From assembly GCA_047614125.1 (NCBI GenBank), contig JBLHHI010000001.1:1-63296 (forward strand): a stretch of 63,296 nt of DNA, written 5' to 3'. The stretch's first letter is position 1. Each line of letters opens with the position of its first letter. This DNA comes from Bacteroidia bacterium (GTDB lineage Bacteria > Bacteroidota > Bacteroidia > NS11-12g > UBA9320). The notes beneath the pieces were generated by a model. It saw only the letters and a program-made list of their open reading frames with translations, was not told the origin of the DNA and did no database searches. The translations under genes were made by a program, and so were the position numbers. Positions 36,629-48,310 of the stretch are shown piece by piece.

Positions 36629-38047
36629 TTGAATCTCACCTTTTTAGGCGCCGCACGTGTAGTAACCGGAAGCATGTATTTGCTCACTCTCGACGATGGG
36701 TATAACATCTTAGTTGATTGCGGTCTCAATTACGAAAAAAACATCGCACGAGAAGAGAACGCCAACTTCCCTTTTGATCCGTACGACATTGATTTAGTGG
36801 TGCTTACCCACGCACACGTAGACCATTCTGGCAATATTCCAACCCTATTTGCCAAAGGTTATGAAGGCAAGGTACTTTGCACGGAACCCACTTGGCGATT
36901 GGCTGATATTCTGTTGATGGATTCCGCTAAGATTGAAAATGCGCGAGTATCCAAAGCAAACAGAAGTAGAAATCGAAAGGGCAAACAAGCGCATAAAAAA
37001 GAATCGGAAGCATTCCGATTATTTGGCCAAAAGCAAGTAATGGATGCCGTTGGAAGCATGATTACTTTGGAATTTAATACAACCTTTCAACTTCGGCACA
37101 ATGTTTCCGTAACCCTTATTCCGGCAGGTCACATCTTAGGCGCTGCCTCCGTTGTTTTTGAAATAACGGAAGGAAAAAAAACAAAACGACTGGGATTTAC
37201 CGGTGATTTGGGTAAGTCGAATGCGAAAATCATTGTTCCCCCGCAAATACCCACCAAGCTCGACTATCTGGTAATGGAAGGCACGTATGGAGATCGAATT
37301 CATCAAGAAACTCGAACGCCCGAAGACGTGCTTGAAGAATATATTGAAAGAGTTTGTGTCGAGAATAAGGGGAGACTGGTAATTCCTGCTTTTAGTGTGG
37401 GAAGAACTCAGGCAATTTTATTTACAATTAACAAGCTAATGCGCGACGGAAGAATACCTTCTGTCAAGGTTTTTACCGACAGTCCACTGGGCATAAAAAG
37501 TGGCAACATCCACCAAGAGTTTAAGCACTTTTTGAATGATGAGGCTCAAAGCTTTGTTCAAGAGCATCACGATCTTTTTCTATTTAAAGAGTTGTACATC
37601 GTTGAGGATCAGGATGATGAGACCTTTGTGAGCAACCAGAATCACCCGTGCATTATTGTAAGTTCTGCTGGAATGCTGGAAGGAGGTAGGATTCAACGCC
37701 ACATTGCCAACAATATTCAGAATCAAAATTCAACCATTTTAATGGCTGGGTTTTGTACGCCAGGCACCTTGGGTCACACGCTTTTATCGGGAGCAAAAAA
37801 TGTTGCCATTAAAGGCCGGAGCTACTTAGTTTTCGCAGATATCCAAAAAACTGATGCCTTCAGCGCACATCCGGATCAAACCGAATTGTTGAAGTATTTT
37901 GATGAGGTACAAGCCAATTCAAATCTTAAGAAAGTTTTTGTTTCACACGGCGAGGAAGCATCGCTGTTAACTATGAAAGACAAGATTTCAGAACGTGGAG
38001 TTCAAACCGTAGTTCCGGTAATTGGTGAGACTTTTGAGCTAAACTAG
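36629..38047 (+). CDS. MBL-fold beta-CASP RNA-metabolising hydrolase
   Basis: 472 aa with a TTG start. It has THAHVDHSG plus beta-CASP and C-terminal FSAHPD motifs. Confidence 0.85.
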   Translation: MNLTFLGAARVVTGSMYLLTLDDGYNILVDCGLNYEKNIAREENANFPFDPYDIDLVVLTHAHVDHSGNIPTLFAKGYEGKVLCTEPTWRLADILLMDSAKIENARVSKANRSRNRKGKQAHKKESEAFRLFGQKQVMDAVGSMITLEFNTTFQLRHNVSVTLIPAGHILGAASVVFEITEGKKTKRLGFTGDLGKSNAKIIVPPQIPTKLDYLVMEGTYGDRIHQETRTPEDVLEEYIERVCVENKGRLVIPAFSVGRTQAILFTINKLMRDGRIPSVKVFTDSPLGIKSGNIHQEFKHFLNDEAQSFVQEHHDLFLFKELYIVEDQDDETFVSNQNHPCIIVSSAGMLEGGRIQRHIANNIQNQNSTILMAGFCTPGTLGHTLLSGAKNVAIKGRSYLVFADIQKTDAFSAHPDQTELLKYFDEVQANSNLKKVFVSHGEEASLLTMKDKISERGVQTVVPVIGETFELN

Positions 38048-38311
38048 AGGTCTAGTTTGCAAGTAGCAGCCCCACCAATTTTTTCGGCTTCGAAGCGTAT
38101 CAGAATCATACTTTTAGACAAAACGTTCGTCAATTTCTATGGGACTTTGATCAATATTTAAGGCCGTTGGTGAAATTGCCAAAGTTCTGTGTGTAAAAGG
38201 CACATTTTGTCGGTAAAATGTTGGTATCTTCGCCACGTAAGCACCAGAGGCTGCGGCATTTGTGAGTAGTTTTACCGAGTAAAGATTTAACGAAAGAACT
38301 GAGAAGGAGAT

Positions 38312-40876
38312 ATGGATCATCCAAATGAAAAAATCATCCCGATAAACATCGAGGATGAAATGAAAACAGCTTACATCGATTACTCGATGTCAGTTATTGT
38401 TTCTAGAGCCTTACCTGATGTACGAGATGGTTTAAAGCCAGTGCATCGAAGAGTATTGTACGGCATGACCGAACTGGGGTTGGCGAGCAATCGTCCGCAC
38501 AAGAAATCAGCCCGTATTGTTGGAGAGGTACTGGGTAAGTATCACCCACACGGCGATTCGTCGGTATACGACACCATGGTACGAATGGCACAACCTTGGA
38601 GTTTGCGATATACGATGGTAGACGGTCAAGGAAACTTTGGGTCGATTGATGGTGATCCACCGGCAGCTATGCGCTACACGGAGGCCAGAATGCACAAGCT
38701 TGCTGAAGAGATGATGACCGACATCGATAAGAACACGGTTAATTATCAAACCAACTTCGATGATTCGTTAAAAGAGCCAACGGTTTTGCCCGCTAAGCTT
38801 CCAAATCTTTTGATGAATGGAGCTTCTGGTATTGCCGTAGGAATGGCTACCAATATGGCTCCTCACAATTTAAAGGAAATTATTGGAGGCATTCACGCCT
38901 ACATCGACAACAACGATATTACCATTCCCGAATTGATGGAGTTTATTAAAGCTCCCGACTTCCCGACAGGAGGTACCATTTATGGCTATGAAGGAGTTAA
39001 AATGGCCTTTGAAACTGGGAGAGGTCGAATTGTAATTCGTGGCAAGGCAGAATTTACAACCAATAAAACAGGCCGAGAGCAAATCATCATAACCGAAGTA
39101 CCATATCAAGTGAGTCCTTCGCAAATTATTGTGAAAGCCGTTGACTTGGTAAACGAAAAGGTTGTAGAAGGCATCGCCGAAATTAGAGACGAATCGGATC
39201 GTAACGGATTGCGGATTGTTTTTGATTTAAAACGAGATGCCATTCCAAACATCATTTTAAACCAATTATATAAATTCACCCCACTTCAAACCTCATTCTC
39301 GGTAAACAACATCGCGCTGGTAAAAGGCCGTCCAGAAATGTTGAATTTGAAGGATATGATTCATCACTTCGTTGAGCACAGACACGAAGTAGTAGTTCGA
39401 AGAACAGAATATGAATTGGATGAGGCCAAAAAGAAGGCCCACATCTTAGAAGGGTTGTTAATTGCCATCGAAAACCTAGATGAAGTAATTAAGTTAATTC
39501 GTGCATCGTCTACACCAGAAGATGCTCGGAATGGTTTGATTAGTCGTTTTGAGTTGTCGGAGATTCAAGCCAAGGCCATCTTAGACATGCGTTTGCAGAA
39601 GCTTACAGGCTTGGAGCGAGATAAAATTCGTGAAGAGCACGCTAAGATTATGGAAACCATTTCCTACTTAGATGGCATCTTAGCAAGCGTAGAGTTGCGA
39701 ATGCAGATCATCAAAGACGAACTTACCGAAATGAGTGATAAGTTTGGCGACGAGCGCAGAACCAACATTGAATTCGACAGTGGCGATTTGAATATTGAAG
39801 ATTTAATTCCAAATGAGGAAGTAATCATCACCATTTCGCACATGGGTTACATTAAGCGTACTGCGCTATCTGAATACCGAACGCAAGGAAGGGGAGGAGT
39901 TGGAAATAGAGGCGTAGGCCACCGAGGAGAAGACTTTGTGGAACACTTGCTTATGGCCAAAACACACAATTACATGCTCTTTTTCACAGAACATGGCCGT
40001 TGTTTCTGGATGAAGGTATATGAGATTCCAGAAGGATCCAAAACGTCTAAAGGAAGAGCGATTCAGAATCTTTTGGCCATGCCAAAAGAAGATCAAATCA
40101 AGGCGTACATTACCGTCATCGATTTAAAAGATGAAGAATACCTAGATAACAATTTCATCATCATGTGTACCAAAAATGGTATCATCAAGAAAACAACACT
40201 TCGCGCATATTCGCGGCCAAGATCAAATGGCATTAATGCGATTACCATTCGAGAAGGGGATGAATTGTTGGAAGCAAAGATGACCGATGGAAACAATGAA
40301 ATCATCCTAGCTAAAAAATCAGGTAAGGCAATTCGTTTTAACGAATCGTTGGTACGACCGATGGGTAGAACTGCAGCTGGCGTTCGAGGAGTAAAACTTG
40401 AGAACGAACAGGACGAGGTGATTGGCATGATATGTGTCGGTAGTATAGAAGACGAATCTGTTATGGTTGTTTCTGAAAAAGGGTATGGAAAGCGAACATT
40501 TGTACAAGACTATCGAGTAACTGGTAGAGGTGGAAAGGGTGTTAAAACCTTAAACATCACTGAAAAAACCGGGCACTTAGTAGCCATCAAAAATGTGAAC
40601 GACGACGATGATTTAATGATCATTAATCGTTCAGGGATCGCCATCCGACTTCCATTGGTAGATATTCGAGTAATGGGAAGAGCTACGCAAGGCGTTCGAC
40701 TCATCAAAATGAAAGCGAACGACAGCATTGCTTCGGTTGCCAAAGTGGCCAAAGATGAAGAAGCAGAAGCCGTTGAGTTCGATGAAGAAGGCAACGTAAT
40801 AGCTAAAACTGAAGAAGGAAACGAAACAGAATCGTCTGATAATATAGACAGTAACGAAGAAAAAGACAATGATTAA
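38312..40876 (+). CDS. gyrA: DNA gyrase subunit A
   Basis: 854 aa. It has [19 protein letters not shown], the active-site context [11 protein letters not shown]-terminal beta-pinwheel repeats and an acidic tail. Confidence 0.97.
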   Translation: MDHPNEKIIPINIEDEMKTAYIDYSMSVIVSRALPDVRDGLKPVHRRVLYGMTELGLASNRPHKKSARIVGEVLGKYHPHGDSSVYDTMVRMAQPWSLRYTMVDGQGNFGSIDGDPPAAMRYTEARMHKLAEEMMTDIDKNTVNYQTNFDDSLKEPTVLPAKLPNLLMNGASGIAVGMATNMAPHNLKEIIGGIHAYIDNNDITIPELMEFIKAPDFPTGGTIYGYEGVKMAFETGRGRIVIRGKAEFTTNKTGREQIIITEVPYQVSPSQIIVKAVDLVNEKVVEGIAEIRDESDRNGLRIVFDLKRDAIPNIILNQLYKFTPLQTSFSVNNIALVKGRPEMLNLKDMIHHFVEHRHEVVVRRTEYELDEAKKKAHILEGLLIAIENLDEVIKLIRASSTPEDARNGLISRFELSEIQAKAILDMRLQKLTGLERDKIREEHAKIMETISYLDGILASVELRMQIIKDELTEMSDKFGDERRTNIEFDSGDLNIEDLIPNEEVIITISHMGYIKRTALSEYRTQGRGGVGNRGVGHRGEDFVEHLLMAKTHNYMLFFTEHGRCFWMKVYEIPEGSKTSKGRAIQNLLAMPKEDQIKAYITVIDLKDEEYLDNNFIIMCTKNGIIKKTTLRAYSRPRSNGINAITIREGDELLEAKMTDGNNEIILAKKSGKAIRFNESLVRPMGRTAAGVRGVKLENEQDEVIGMICVGSIEDESVMVVSEKGYGKRTFVQDYRVTGRGGKGVKTLNITEKTGHLVAIKNVNDDDDLMIINRSGIAIRLPLVDIRVMGRATQGVRLIKMKANDSIASVAKVAKDEEAEAVEFDEEGNVIAKTEEGNETESSDNIDSNEEKDND

Positions 40877-42110
40877 GAAGCTAATAAAAAACGCCCTAGT
40901 AGTGCTGATGTTCGGTTTATCTACCGTTGCATTTGCACAAAACTTTAAAGTAGAAACCGTTAAAATTTCGCTTGAACCAGGGCCAGCCGACAAAACAACA
41001 CCCGATTGGTACGACGAGTTGGAAAAATGCATAGCCAACATCAATGCAGCCAAAACACATCCGAAAACCGGGAATGATCCTAAGATGTATTACTACTACG
41101 GATTGACGTATTTAAACGTTTACCTAAATGGCAATGAAGTGCAAAAGGCAATGTATCCCAATGCACTTGATATGGCTACCGATGCTTTTTATAAATCGAT
41201 GGAAACCGATTTAAAAGAGCGGTACACTGCAATGGCGCAAAACTCGTTATTGAATTGTGCGATAGGACATTACAACAATGCCGTTAGTTCGTACAATTCG
41301 CAGGATTATAAAGGAGCGTTAAACTCGTACGAAAAAGTGCTTCGCATTTTACCATACGATAAAGATGGCCAGCTGCGGAGAAGCAATATTACCGAAGAAA
41401 GCATTTCGCAATACGCAAGCTATGCGGCCATCGGTGCTAAAGACATCACCAAAGCAAAGGCTCTTTTGCAAAAGTTGATCGATATAAACTTTAATGATCC
41501 ATCAATTTACGGTGACATGGCCGATTTATATTTAAATGACGGTGATACTACCAAATCATTGGAGTACTTGGCCATTGGACGTGAAATGTTTCCATCGAAC
41601 GTTAATTTAATGAACAAGGAGCTCGACATCTATTTGAAGTTGGGAAGATCGAAAGAAATCGTTGATAAGCTCAACGAAGCCATCTTAAATGATCCTGAAA
41701 ACAAGATTTACTACTATGCACGTGGCGTTAGTCATATGAAGTTAGGAAATTTAGAAGGCGCTCAAAAGGATTATGAAAAAACCATTGCGCTTGATCCCAC
41801 CTTTGCAGATGCGCATTACAACTTGGGCGTTGTATTCTTAGATAAGTGCAATCCAATTATCGAACAGATCAACAACTTACCTAGTGGAAGCTATAAGAAA
41901 GAAGAATCCTTGGCCGTAGAAATTGATAATTTGTACAAAAAAGCAGCTAAGTTGTTTGAAGATGCGTTATCGTACGGCGAATATGCAAATGCAGAGAAGT
42001 TTGAATTGGTAACAACATTGAAAAAGATTTATGGTCGTTTGATTCAGAATGATCAATCGTACCGTCCTCGATACGATGAAGTAAAGGCGATGATGAAGGA
42101 ATTGGAATAG
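40869..42110 (+). CDS. Tetratricopeptide-repeat protein (secreted)
   Basis: 413 aa with a signal peptide ending TVAFAQ and multiple TPR-like helical pairs. It overlaps the gyrA stop by 8 nt. Confidence 0.75.
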   Translation: MIKKLIKNALVVLMFGLSTVAFAQNFKVETVKISLEPGPADKTTPDWYDELEKCIANINAAKTHPKTGNDPKMYYYYGLTYLNVYLNGNEVQKAMYPNALDMATDAFYKSMETDLKERYTAMAQNSLLNCAIGHYNNAVSSYNSQDYKGALNSYEKVLRILPYDKDGQLRRSNITEESISQYASYAAIGAKDITKAKALLQKLIDINFNDPSIYGDMADLYLNDGDTTKSLEYLAIGREMFPSNVNLMNKELDIYLKLGRSKEIVDKLNEAILNDPENKIYYYARGVSHMKLGNLEGAQKDYEKTIALDPTFADAHYNLGVVFLDKCNPIIEQINNLPSGSYKKEESLAVEIDNLYKKAAKLFEDALSYGEYANAEKFELVTTLKKIYGRLIQNDQSYRPRYDEVKAMMKELE

Positions 42111-42136
42111 ACGCAGCGCTTCTATAAAATTAACTG

Positions 42137-42170
42137 GGGGAGGATATCACAGCATTCTCCCCTTATTTAG
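42137..42170 (+). terminator. Weak candidate terminator hairpin after the TPR gene
   Basis: GGGGAG-N14-CTCCCC is followed by TTATTT. The short stem and large loop make this tentative. Confidence 0.3.
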
Positions 42171-42366
42171 CTTCTCTCTAGTTAACATAATATAAATTAT
42201 GAGACAAACATATATATCAATCAAAGCACCCAAGCTTGTTCAATTCCCGTCGCTGTGCGGTTAAAATAAAATCAGTTCTGCGGGCATTCGGTACCATAAC
42301 GTTAATGATTTTATGTTAAAGGGAATTGATTAGAATACTCTCCAACCAATAAATCTGGGCCCAAAT

Positions 42367-42744
42367 TTAAGCGAGCCCTAAAATTAGTTTTTCTTGCCCC
42401 AGATGCATCTTATTTTTAAGCAAATCTTCCAACTCCATTTCTCCAAAATCATAAACATCTCGTATGTGTAGAATCACAATCTTACCGGGCCACCCCGTTC
42501 CAAAAAGCTGTTCAATGGCTTTTTTGTGCTTCGTTTCCATCGCATATATCTGATCCGCCCAATTCAAATCATCTTCGGTAATAAAGTGCGTACCCAATTG
42601 ATGGCAAATTTTGGGGTTAGTTCCTGCTGATCGATGTGTATTATTTGAGTCTACTCGATTCATCAGCGCTTCTGCCGTTGCCGATCGATCTTTATTCGCC
42701 GAGCACACAAAAAGCACGCTATTTTGTATTTCATTTGACATCAT
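42367..42744 (-). CDS. Low-molecular-weight phosphatase family protein
   Basis: 125 aa. It has the N-terminal CX5R(S) loop VCSANKDRS. Confidence 0.75.
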   Translation of the reverse strand: MMSNEIQNSVLFVCSANKDRSATAEALMNRVDSNNTHRSAGTNPKICHQLGTHFITEDDLNWADQIYAMETKHKKAIEQLFGTGWPGKIVILHIRDVYDFGEMELEDLLKNKMHLGQEKLILGLA

Positions 42745-42840
42745 TCAAATGTGGTTCAGAAAGCTTGCACAGCAAAAAAAACATCGTATATAGCTTATTT
42801 TCAAAAGCTAGTGAGTTAAATATTGATGTTCCGCTCCCAT

Positions 42841-43320
42841 TCACAGCTCAAATTTAAACGGCAGCAAGTTCTTAATGCCATCTATTTCAAAACACGCCCC
42901 ATCTGGAGATTTTATAAGAATTTTCAACGTATTTTTCTGGCGTGTTTCTAAATCAGCTAACACTTGCAAACAACCTCCGCAAGGTGGAGTAAACGCCTGA
43001 TTCAAAATTCCGTTGCTGTTGTGTGGCTCAACCGAAATGGCCAGTGTTTCCACCAGCTTATTTGGGAATTGCGCCTTTGCCGCAAATACGGCCACCCGTT
43101 CAGCACACATTCCACTGGGGTAAGCTGGGTTCTCTTGATTGCTTCCTAAAAATGTAGCGCCATCTTCAAATCGGAGCGCTGCGCCAACATGAAAACGCGA
43201 GTAAGGTGCATGGGCATTGCCAGCAGCTTCTTCGGCCAGTTTTATGAGAGCAGTGTCCTGTTCGCTGAATGTGTTTAAGTTAATGTGCTTTTGCACGGTA
43301 CACGTCTTGGTAAATTCCAT
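42841..43320 (-). CDS. cdd: Cytidine deaminase
   Basis: It has the zinc motifs CAERVA and PCGGCLQ. I prefer the start MEFTK at 43320. The ORF-track start at 43353 is the alternative. Confidence 0.85.
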   Translation of the reverse strand: MEFTKTCTVQKHINLNTFSEQDTALIKLAEEAAGNAHAPYSRFHVGAALRFEDGATFLGSNQENPAYPSGMCAERVAVFAAKAQFPNKLVETLAISVEPHNSNGILNQAFTPPCGGCLQVLADLETRQKNTLKILIKSPDGACFEIDGIKNLLPFKFEL

Positions 43321-43391
43321 CTTTGTGCTAATTAATATCCGTGCAATCCGCATCAGACTTATAGCTGCGATAATACGGAAATATGTACACT

Positions 43392-44726
43392 ATGAAAAAA
43401 ATATTAGTAATTGGTGCCGGAAGGTCAACTACCTACTTATTACATTATCTAGCTGAAAAATCGGAAGGTTACAACTGGCAAATTACGGTCGCAGATTTAG
43501 ATTTGAAACTCGCGCAAAATAAATGCACCAATCTCAGAATGGTGGCCTTAAAGATTGATATTCAGGATGATGAGATATTAAACCAGTTGGTAATTAAACA
43601 CGACCTCATCATCTCTATGCTTCCAGCCCACCTTCATCTCAATGTAGCAAAAGCTTGCATTACCCACAAGGTTAATATGGTAACAGCATCGTACTTGTCG
43701 GATGAAATAAAGGCTTTGCACTACCAAGCCAAGGAGGCGGGCATTACCATTTTGAATGAAATAGGTGTGGATCCAGGCTTGGATCACTTATCGGCAATGG
43801 AAATAATTCACGGCATTCAGAGCCAAGGAGGACAAATTGAAGCCTTTGAAAGCTTTACTGGTGGGCTCATTGCTCCAGAAAGTGACAATAATCCATGGAA
43901 CTATAAGTTCACGTGGAATCCAAGAAATGTAGTATTGGCTGGTCAAGGCGGCGCAGTAAAGTTTATTCAAAACGGATTGTATAAGTTCATTCCGTACCAC
44001 AAATTATTTCGAAGAACTGAAATAATTGAAATCGATAATTTTGGAAAGTTTGAGGGATATGCCAATCGCGACTCACTTAAATATCGAGAAACCTATGGCC
44101 TATCGGATGTTAAAACCATGTTTCGAGGAACCTTACGTCGACCCGGTTTTTGCCGAGCATGGGATCAATTTATACAACTTGGTGTAACCGATGACGACTA
44201 CATTCTTCCGGACACGTTGAATATGACGCATCGAGAATTCATCAATACATTTTTATCCTACAATGTTTCTGATTCAGTTGAAATTAAACTTCGAAACTAT
44301 CTCCGCATCGAACAAGATGATGTTAATCTTTGGGAGCGGTTAGAATGGCTTGGCCTGTTCGACAATACGGTTATTGGTATTGAAAACGCAAGTCCAGCGC
44401 GAGTTTTGGAGCACATCTTAAAAAAGAAGTGGACGCTAAAGCAAACCGATAAGGACATGATTGTGATGTGGCACAAGGTTAATTACCGACTCGATGGTTG
44501 TGATCATGAGTTGCACAGTTCTACGGTGGTTATTGGTGAGGATGATCAGAAAACAGCCATGGCTAAAACGGTGGGGCTGCCACTGGCCATTGGGGCCAAG
44601 CATCTGTTAACAGGCGAGATAAATGAGAAGGGAACAATCTTGCCAATTAAACCTGAAATATATAAGCCAATTTTAGAAGAGTTAAAGGAACACGGCATTT
44701 TCTTTAATGAAAAGAGGGTATTTTAA
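43392..44726 (+). CDS. Saccharopine dehydrogenase family protein
   Basis: I prefer the start at MKKILVIGAGRS (Rossmann motif). It has the GVDPGLDH segment typical of the family. Confidence 0.85.
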   Translation: MKKILVIGAGRSTTYLLHYLAEKSEGYNWQITVADLDLKLAQNKCTNLRMVALKIDIQDDEILNQLVIKHDLIISMLPAHLHLNVAKACITHKVNMVTASYLSDEIKALHYQAKEAGITILNEIGVDPGLDHLSAMEIIHGIQSQGGQIEAFESFTGGLIAPESDNNPWNYKFTWNPRNVVLAGQGGAVKFIQNGLYKFIPYHKLFRRTEIIEIDNFGKFEGYANRDSLKYRETYGLSDVKTMFRGTLRRPGFCRAWDQFIQLGVTDDDYILPDTLNMTHREFINTFLSYNVSDSVEIKLRNYLRIEQDDVNLWERLEWLGLFDNTVIGIENASPARVLEHILKKKWTLKQTDKDMIVMWHKVNYRLDGCDHELHSSTVVIGEDDQKTAMAKTVGLPLAIGAKHLLTGEINEKGTILPIKPEIYKPILEELKEHGIFFNEKRVF

Positions 44727-44766
44727 AAGTGAATATGAGTTCGATATCGAGTTCAGGCTATGACAT

Positions 44767-45729
44767 TTATTTCATAGTTATTCCGCGTTTATCAATCGTA
44801 TAGGCAGTACATATACCATATCCATTTTCTATGTTATTTGGAATCTGCGATGAAATCGCAAATGGGCCACCAAAAATTGGACGATTTAAGCTGGTAGCCA
44901 CCAGGAAGTCGTAGTTTGTTTTGGAGAGATTTCGAACTTCTATTTCCAACGATACAACCGCACTTTTCTTAATGGTTTTCTGAAGGTTATACGAATTAAT
45001 GTTCAGATCAAGTGTAAAGGCTTGACCATTAAAAATCAAATCATTAAAGATCTCAAAACTCGTGTTGATTGAAACAATGTTGTTGTCGGAAAAGAAGATT
45101 TTCCCCACGCTTTCAACCGGAAGATTTTCAATAATTAGGGATGAATCAATAATTTTCTGTGTAACGGAATGCCGTCGATAATTCCATCGATATGCACGCA
45201 GCTGAACGAAGTAATAGTTGCTCACAAGAGGTTCATCAAAAAAACCGATTCGCAGACCGAGATTGTTCCCAATCCTTCCAAGTGTATCAAATTGATGTAG
45301 AATCATCTTTCCGGGCAGCTTTTCTCTACAAATTACCTTTGGATAGGGTTCCTTACTTATTTCCACACGAATGGAATCGTTTGCATGGGGAACAAAAGTA
45401 CTAAGAGCATGCCCGTGCGAATTTGTCTTTAGCTCTTCAATAAAGGTGTCATTCAAGAAAAACTTGACCGTTGCATTAGCAAGGTATTGTACATTCGTAT
45501 CTTCCGTAATGAACTGACTTACAGAAGCTTGTACTCTAATTTTTTGATGTTCTACGATATCTACCCCAACCACTATTTTGCGCTCACTATCTTTTGTTCT
45601 AAATACAAGATCTTGATTGCAGGAAGTGAATATTCCCAGACTAAAAAACCAAATCACGAAAAGACCAGCCAAACCTTTGTTCGGAGTTGTAAATGGATGG
45701 TATGACAAAGTTTTAAAAAGCAACGGCAT
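44767..45729 (-). CDS. DUF4249-like lipoprotein (usual partner of this TonB-dependent receptor class)
   Basis: 320 aa with the lipobox FTSC. It overlaps the upstream receptor stop by 17 nt. The family call rests on size, context and general sequence character only. Confidence 0.6.
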   Translation of the reverse strand: MPLLFKTLSYHPFTTPNKGLAGLFVIWFFSLGIFTSCNQDLVFRTKDSERKIVVGVDIVEHQKIRVQASVSQFITEDTNVQYLANATVKFFLNDTFIEELKTNSHGHALSTFVPHANDSIRVEISKEPYPKVICREKLPGKMILHQFDTLGRIGNNLGLRIGFFDEPLVSNYYFVQLRAYRWNYRRHSVTQKIIDSSLIIENLPVESVGKIFFSDNNIVSINTSFEIFNDLIFNGQAFTLDLNINSYNLQKTIKKSAVVSLEIEVRNLSKTNYDFLVATSLNRPIFGGPFAISSQIPNNIENGYGICTAYTIDKRGITMK

Positions 45730-48301
45730 AATTTATGGAAGGCAAGATTGGCAAAATGGAAATGGGTTGAAAAATTACACCTCCCGTTCCTGTAACAACG
45801 GAATTTACATAAAATACATTGTTTTGGTCGTATGCATTATAGAGCGAAAAGCTCCATGTCTGCTTGGCCTCTCCCACCATCTTTGTAAAATGCACACCTA
45901 TGTCAAGTCGGTGATAGGCTGGAACTTTAAGATTGTTTTTACCTCCATATTGTTGGATGAAATGATATTTCCCATCATTGAAGACCACATATTGTGTTTC
46001 TGGTGCCGTTAGATAATGTCCCGAGGCGTAAGTCCAGGTTGCGCCCCAACGCACATTTTTAGAGGGTTCGTAATTTACGACAATGTTAAAATCATGTCTC
46101 CGATCAAACTGAAAGGGAAACCATTCACCTTCATTCAGTTCGGCTATGGAACGCTCCGATTTCGAAAGACAGTATGATGCCCAACCATTCAGCTTACCCT
46201 TTTCCTTTTTCATCATAAATTCCATGCCGAAGGAACGACCATTGCCCGTCCAAAGTGCATTTTCCCATTCAGAAACAAAATCCACAATTCCACTTTTCAA
46301 CTCAACTACTTGTTCAAAGTCTTTATAGAATACGTCGGCTTTTAGACTCAGCTCTTTTTTTAAATGGCTGGAATATCCAATTGAATAATGATGACATTGT
46401 TGCGGTGAAATCATTCGGTCGGCCGGAACCCAAATATCAATGGGTATTCCGATGAGATTATTTGGAACCGAAATGATGAATTGTGCCGTTTTAGCATAAC
46501 TCAGCTCAAATCGGTTGCGACTGTTAATGGCATAGCTCAAGCTGACCCGTGGTTGTATTCGCAGAAAGCTGGTGTCGTTATCAAAGTTGGCCACATGAAG
46601 TCCAACTAAGGATTTCAATTTCCCGAACCTCGATTCGAGTTCAACGTACGATCGTTGCTCTTGTATTTCGCTTATCCTCGAATTGTATACGGTATCATAA
46701 AATATAAGGTCATTTTCCTGAAGAAAGTATTTCGAATTAGAGGGTCTAATTTGATGCCAAATATTTTCAATTCCAAAGTTAATTGCATGGGCCTTTTTTA
46801 ATGCCGATTCAAAATAAACACCTGATTTCCAATCACTTATAGTGCTAGAATAATCCAGCTCAGTGGTGCGTGAATATTCAACTGGGTTATTCCCAACCGT
46901 TAATCCAAAAAGATTTTTATGATTGAAATTATATCGAGTATATCCCAGTTTTACATGTAATTGTAGCGAACTCGTTAACCAGGTTTTCCAACCAGCAGAG
47001 GTTAAAAAATTTGCTTGAATGAATTCATCCTTATGCTCCTCACGCACTTCAAGATTGGTTGTATTTGATCGAATGTATCCTTTATCTCCGCCAATATAAG
47101 TTGTTAAATACATTTGACTGTTGTCGGAGAGTTTATGACGAATGGTACCCGTAACATCGTAAAAGAAATATTTAAAACGCTGCAGTTGGTTTTGAGATTG
47201 AATTTGTTCGTAAAAAAGCGGGAAAAAATCAGTGAAAGATCTGCGGCCGGAAAGCAAGATGGACGTACGGTCTTTGATCAATGGTCCTTCAACTGTTGCT
47301 TCAAATAAAACGGGATTAAAGTTAATTCGCGCCCGCCATTTATTAAAATCGCCGGGCCTGCTGTGCACATCCAATACAGACGAGAGTCTGCCACCATATT
47401 TAGCGGGAAATGCATTTTTATAAAACTCAAGACTTTGGATGCACCCTTCGCCAAATACCGAAAACAAGCCAAAAAGATGCATTGGGTTGTATAAATCCAT
47501 GCCATCAAACAAGACCAAATTTTGATCCTTCCCCCCTCCTCTCACTACCATGCCACCGTTTACCTCAACGGTGCTTTGCAGTCCTGGCACAAACCGAAGA
47601 GTGTTTAAAACACCCGGAGAACCGGCAATGGATGGAATTTTCTCCATTTCCCGCATGTTAATGCTGATGCTGCCCGTTTTACTTATGAAACGCAATGAGT
47701 CAAATACATGAATTACCGCTGTATTTAGCACAGGATTTGGCGTTAACTCAAAATTTAAAAGCTCTTCATTTTGATTGGTAATTTCAAATACTTTGGAATA
47801 GTATCCGGGATGGTAGATCGTAATTAAGGTTGGCCATTTATCGATGTAGAGTTGGAAATATCCATCGGAGTTGCTTTCTACCCAAAGATTGCCGTGTACC
47901 GCTAGTGCACCATTAATACTGGTTTTTGACTCTTGATCTAAGATTATTCCTCGAACGGCCGAAATGGGTTCTTTGACCCGCTTAAACAGTACCAGCGAGT
48001 TGGATCCAAGACACGAAAAGGAAATTTGTTGTGATCGCAAGATGCTGCTCAACACAAATCGAATGGAGCGATTATGAAAGGAAGAGGTTATTTTACTTTT
48101 GGCAAATACATCATTGGGATAGTTGAGTTTAATGCCTTCTTGTGAAGCCACTTTTTTAACAGCTTCTTCCAACTCTACTTCAACCCATTCTATGCTTATG
48201 TATTTATCAAGAAAATCGCATGAAGCTTGGGCACAAGCGTTGGCAGCCAATGCGAAAAATAAAAGGATAGATATTATGGAAGATTTCTCCCGAAAAAACA
48301 C
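45713..48301 (-). CDS. TonB-dependent receptor with an N-terminal STN signalling domain and a carboxypeptidase-regulatory-like domain
   Basis: 862 aa with a signal peptide ending ACAQ. It has an STN-like segment (IEWVEVELEEAVKKVA ... LVLFKR) and a CarbopepD_reg-like segment (IRGIILDQESKTSINGA). It also has plug and barrel regions and a terminal aromatic residue (AVAF). Confidence 0.85.
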   Translation of the reverse strand: MFFREKSSIISILLFFALAANACAQASCDFLDKYISIEWVEVELEEAVKKVASQEGIKLNYPNDVFAKSKITSSFHNRSIRFVLSSILRSQQISFSCLGSNSLVLFKRVKEPISAVRGIILDQESKTSINGALAVHGNLWVESNSDGYFQLYIDKWPTLITIYHPGYYSKVFEITNQNEELLNFELTPNPVLNTAVIHVFDSLRFISKTGSISINMREMEKIPSIAGSPGVLNTLRFVPGLQSTVEVNGGMVVRGGGKDQNLVLFDGMDLYNPMHLFGLFSVFGEGCIQSLEFYKNAFPAKYGGRLSSVLDVHSRPGDFNKWRARINFNPVLFEATVEGPLIKDRTSILLSGRRSFTDFFPLFYEQIQSQNQLQRFKYFFYDVTGTIRHKLSDNSQMYLTTYIGGDKGYIRSNTTNLEVREEHKDEFIQANFLTSAGWKTWLTSSLQLHVKLGYTRYNFNHKNLFGLTVGNNPVEYSRTTELDYSSTISDWKSGVYFESALKKAHAINFGIENIWHQIRPSNSKYFLQENDLIFYDTVYNSRISEIQEQRSYVELESRFGKLKSLVGLHVANFDNDTSFLRIQPRVSLSYAINSRNRFELSYAKTAQFIISVPNNLIGIPIDIWVPADRMISPQQCHHYSIGYSSHLKKELSLKADVFYKDFEQVVELKSGIVDFVSEWENALWTGNGRSFGMEFMMKKEKGKLNGWASYCLSKSERSIAELNEGEWFPFQFDRRHDFNIVVNYEPSKNVRWGATWTYASGHYLTAPETQYVVFNDGKYHFIQQYGGKNNLKVPAYHRLDIGVHFTKMVGEAKQTWSFSLYNAYDQNNVFYVNSVVTGTGGVIFQPISILPILPSINYAVAF

Positions 48302-48310
48302 ACGGTAAAT

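Noticed and set aside
38041-38058. Perfect palindrome AAACTAGA-GG-TCTAGTTT spanning the stop codon of the beta-CASP gene
   Set aside because: It has a 2-nt spacer and no T-run, so it is not a canonical terminator. It occurs once and I cannot assign a function.
38302-38314. Shine-Dalgarno-like GAAGGAG just before the gyrA ATG, unusual for Bacteroidota
   Set aside because: Only 2 nt separate GGAG from the ATG, which is too short for a functional SD spacing. It is probably fortuitous.
40093-41053. Several 60-140-aa antisense ORFs across the gyrA C-terminus and the gyrA/TPR junction
   Set aside because: They are mirror-image reading frames of a confidently coding, low-complexity acidic or repeat region. 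They have Ser/Phe-rich low-complexity products and no independent signals.
44735-44765. TATGAGTTCGATATCGAGTTCAGG, which shares GAGTTCG with the repeat family (also at 62233)
   Set aside because: Only a 7-9-nt core is shared. A 7-mer is expected several times by chance in 63 kb on two strands, and the flanks do not align.
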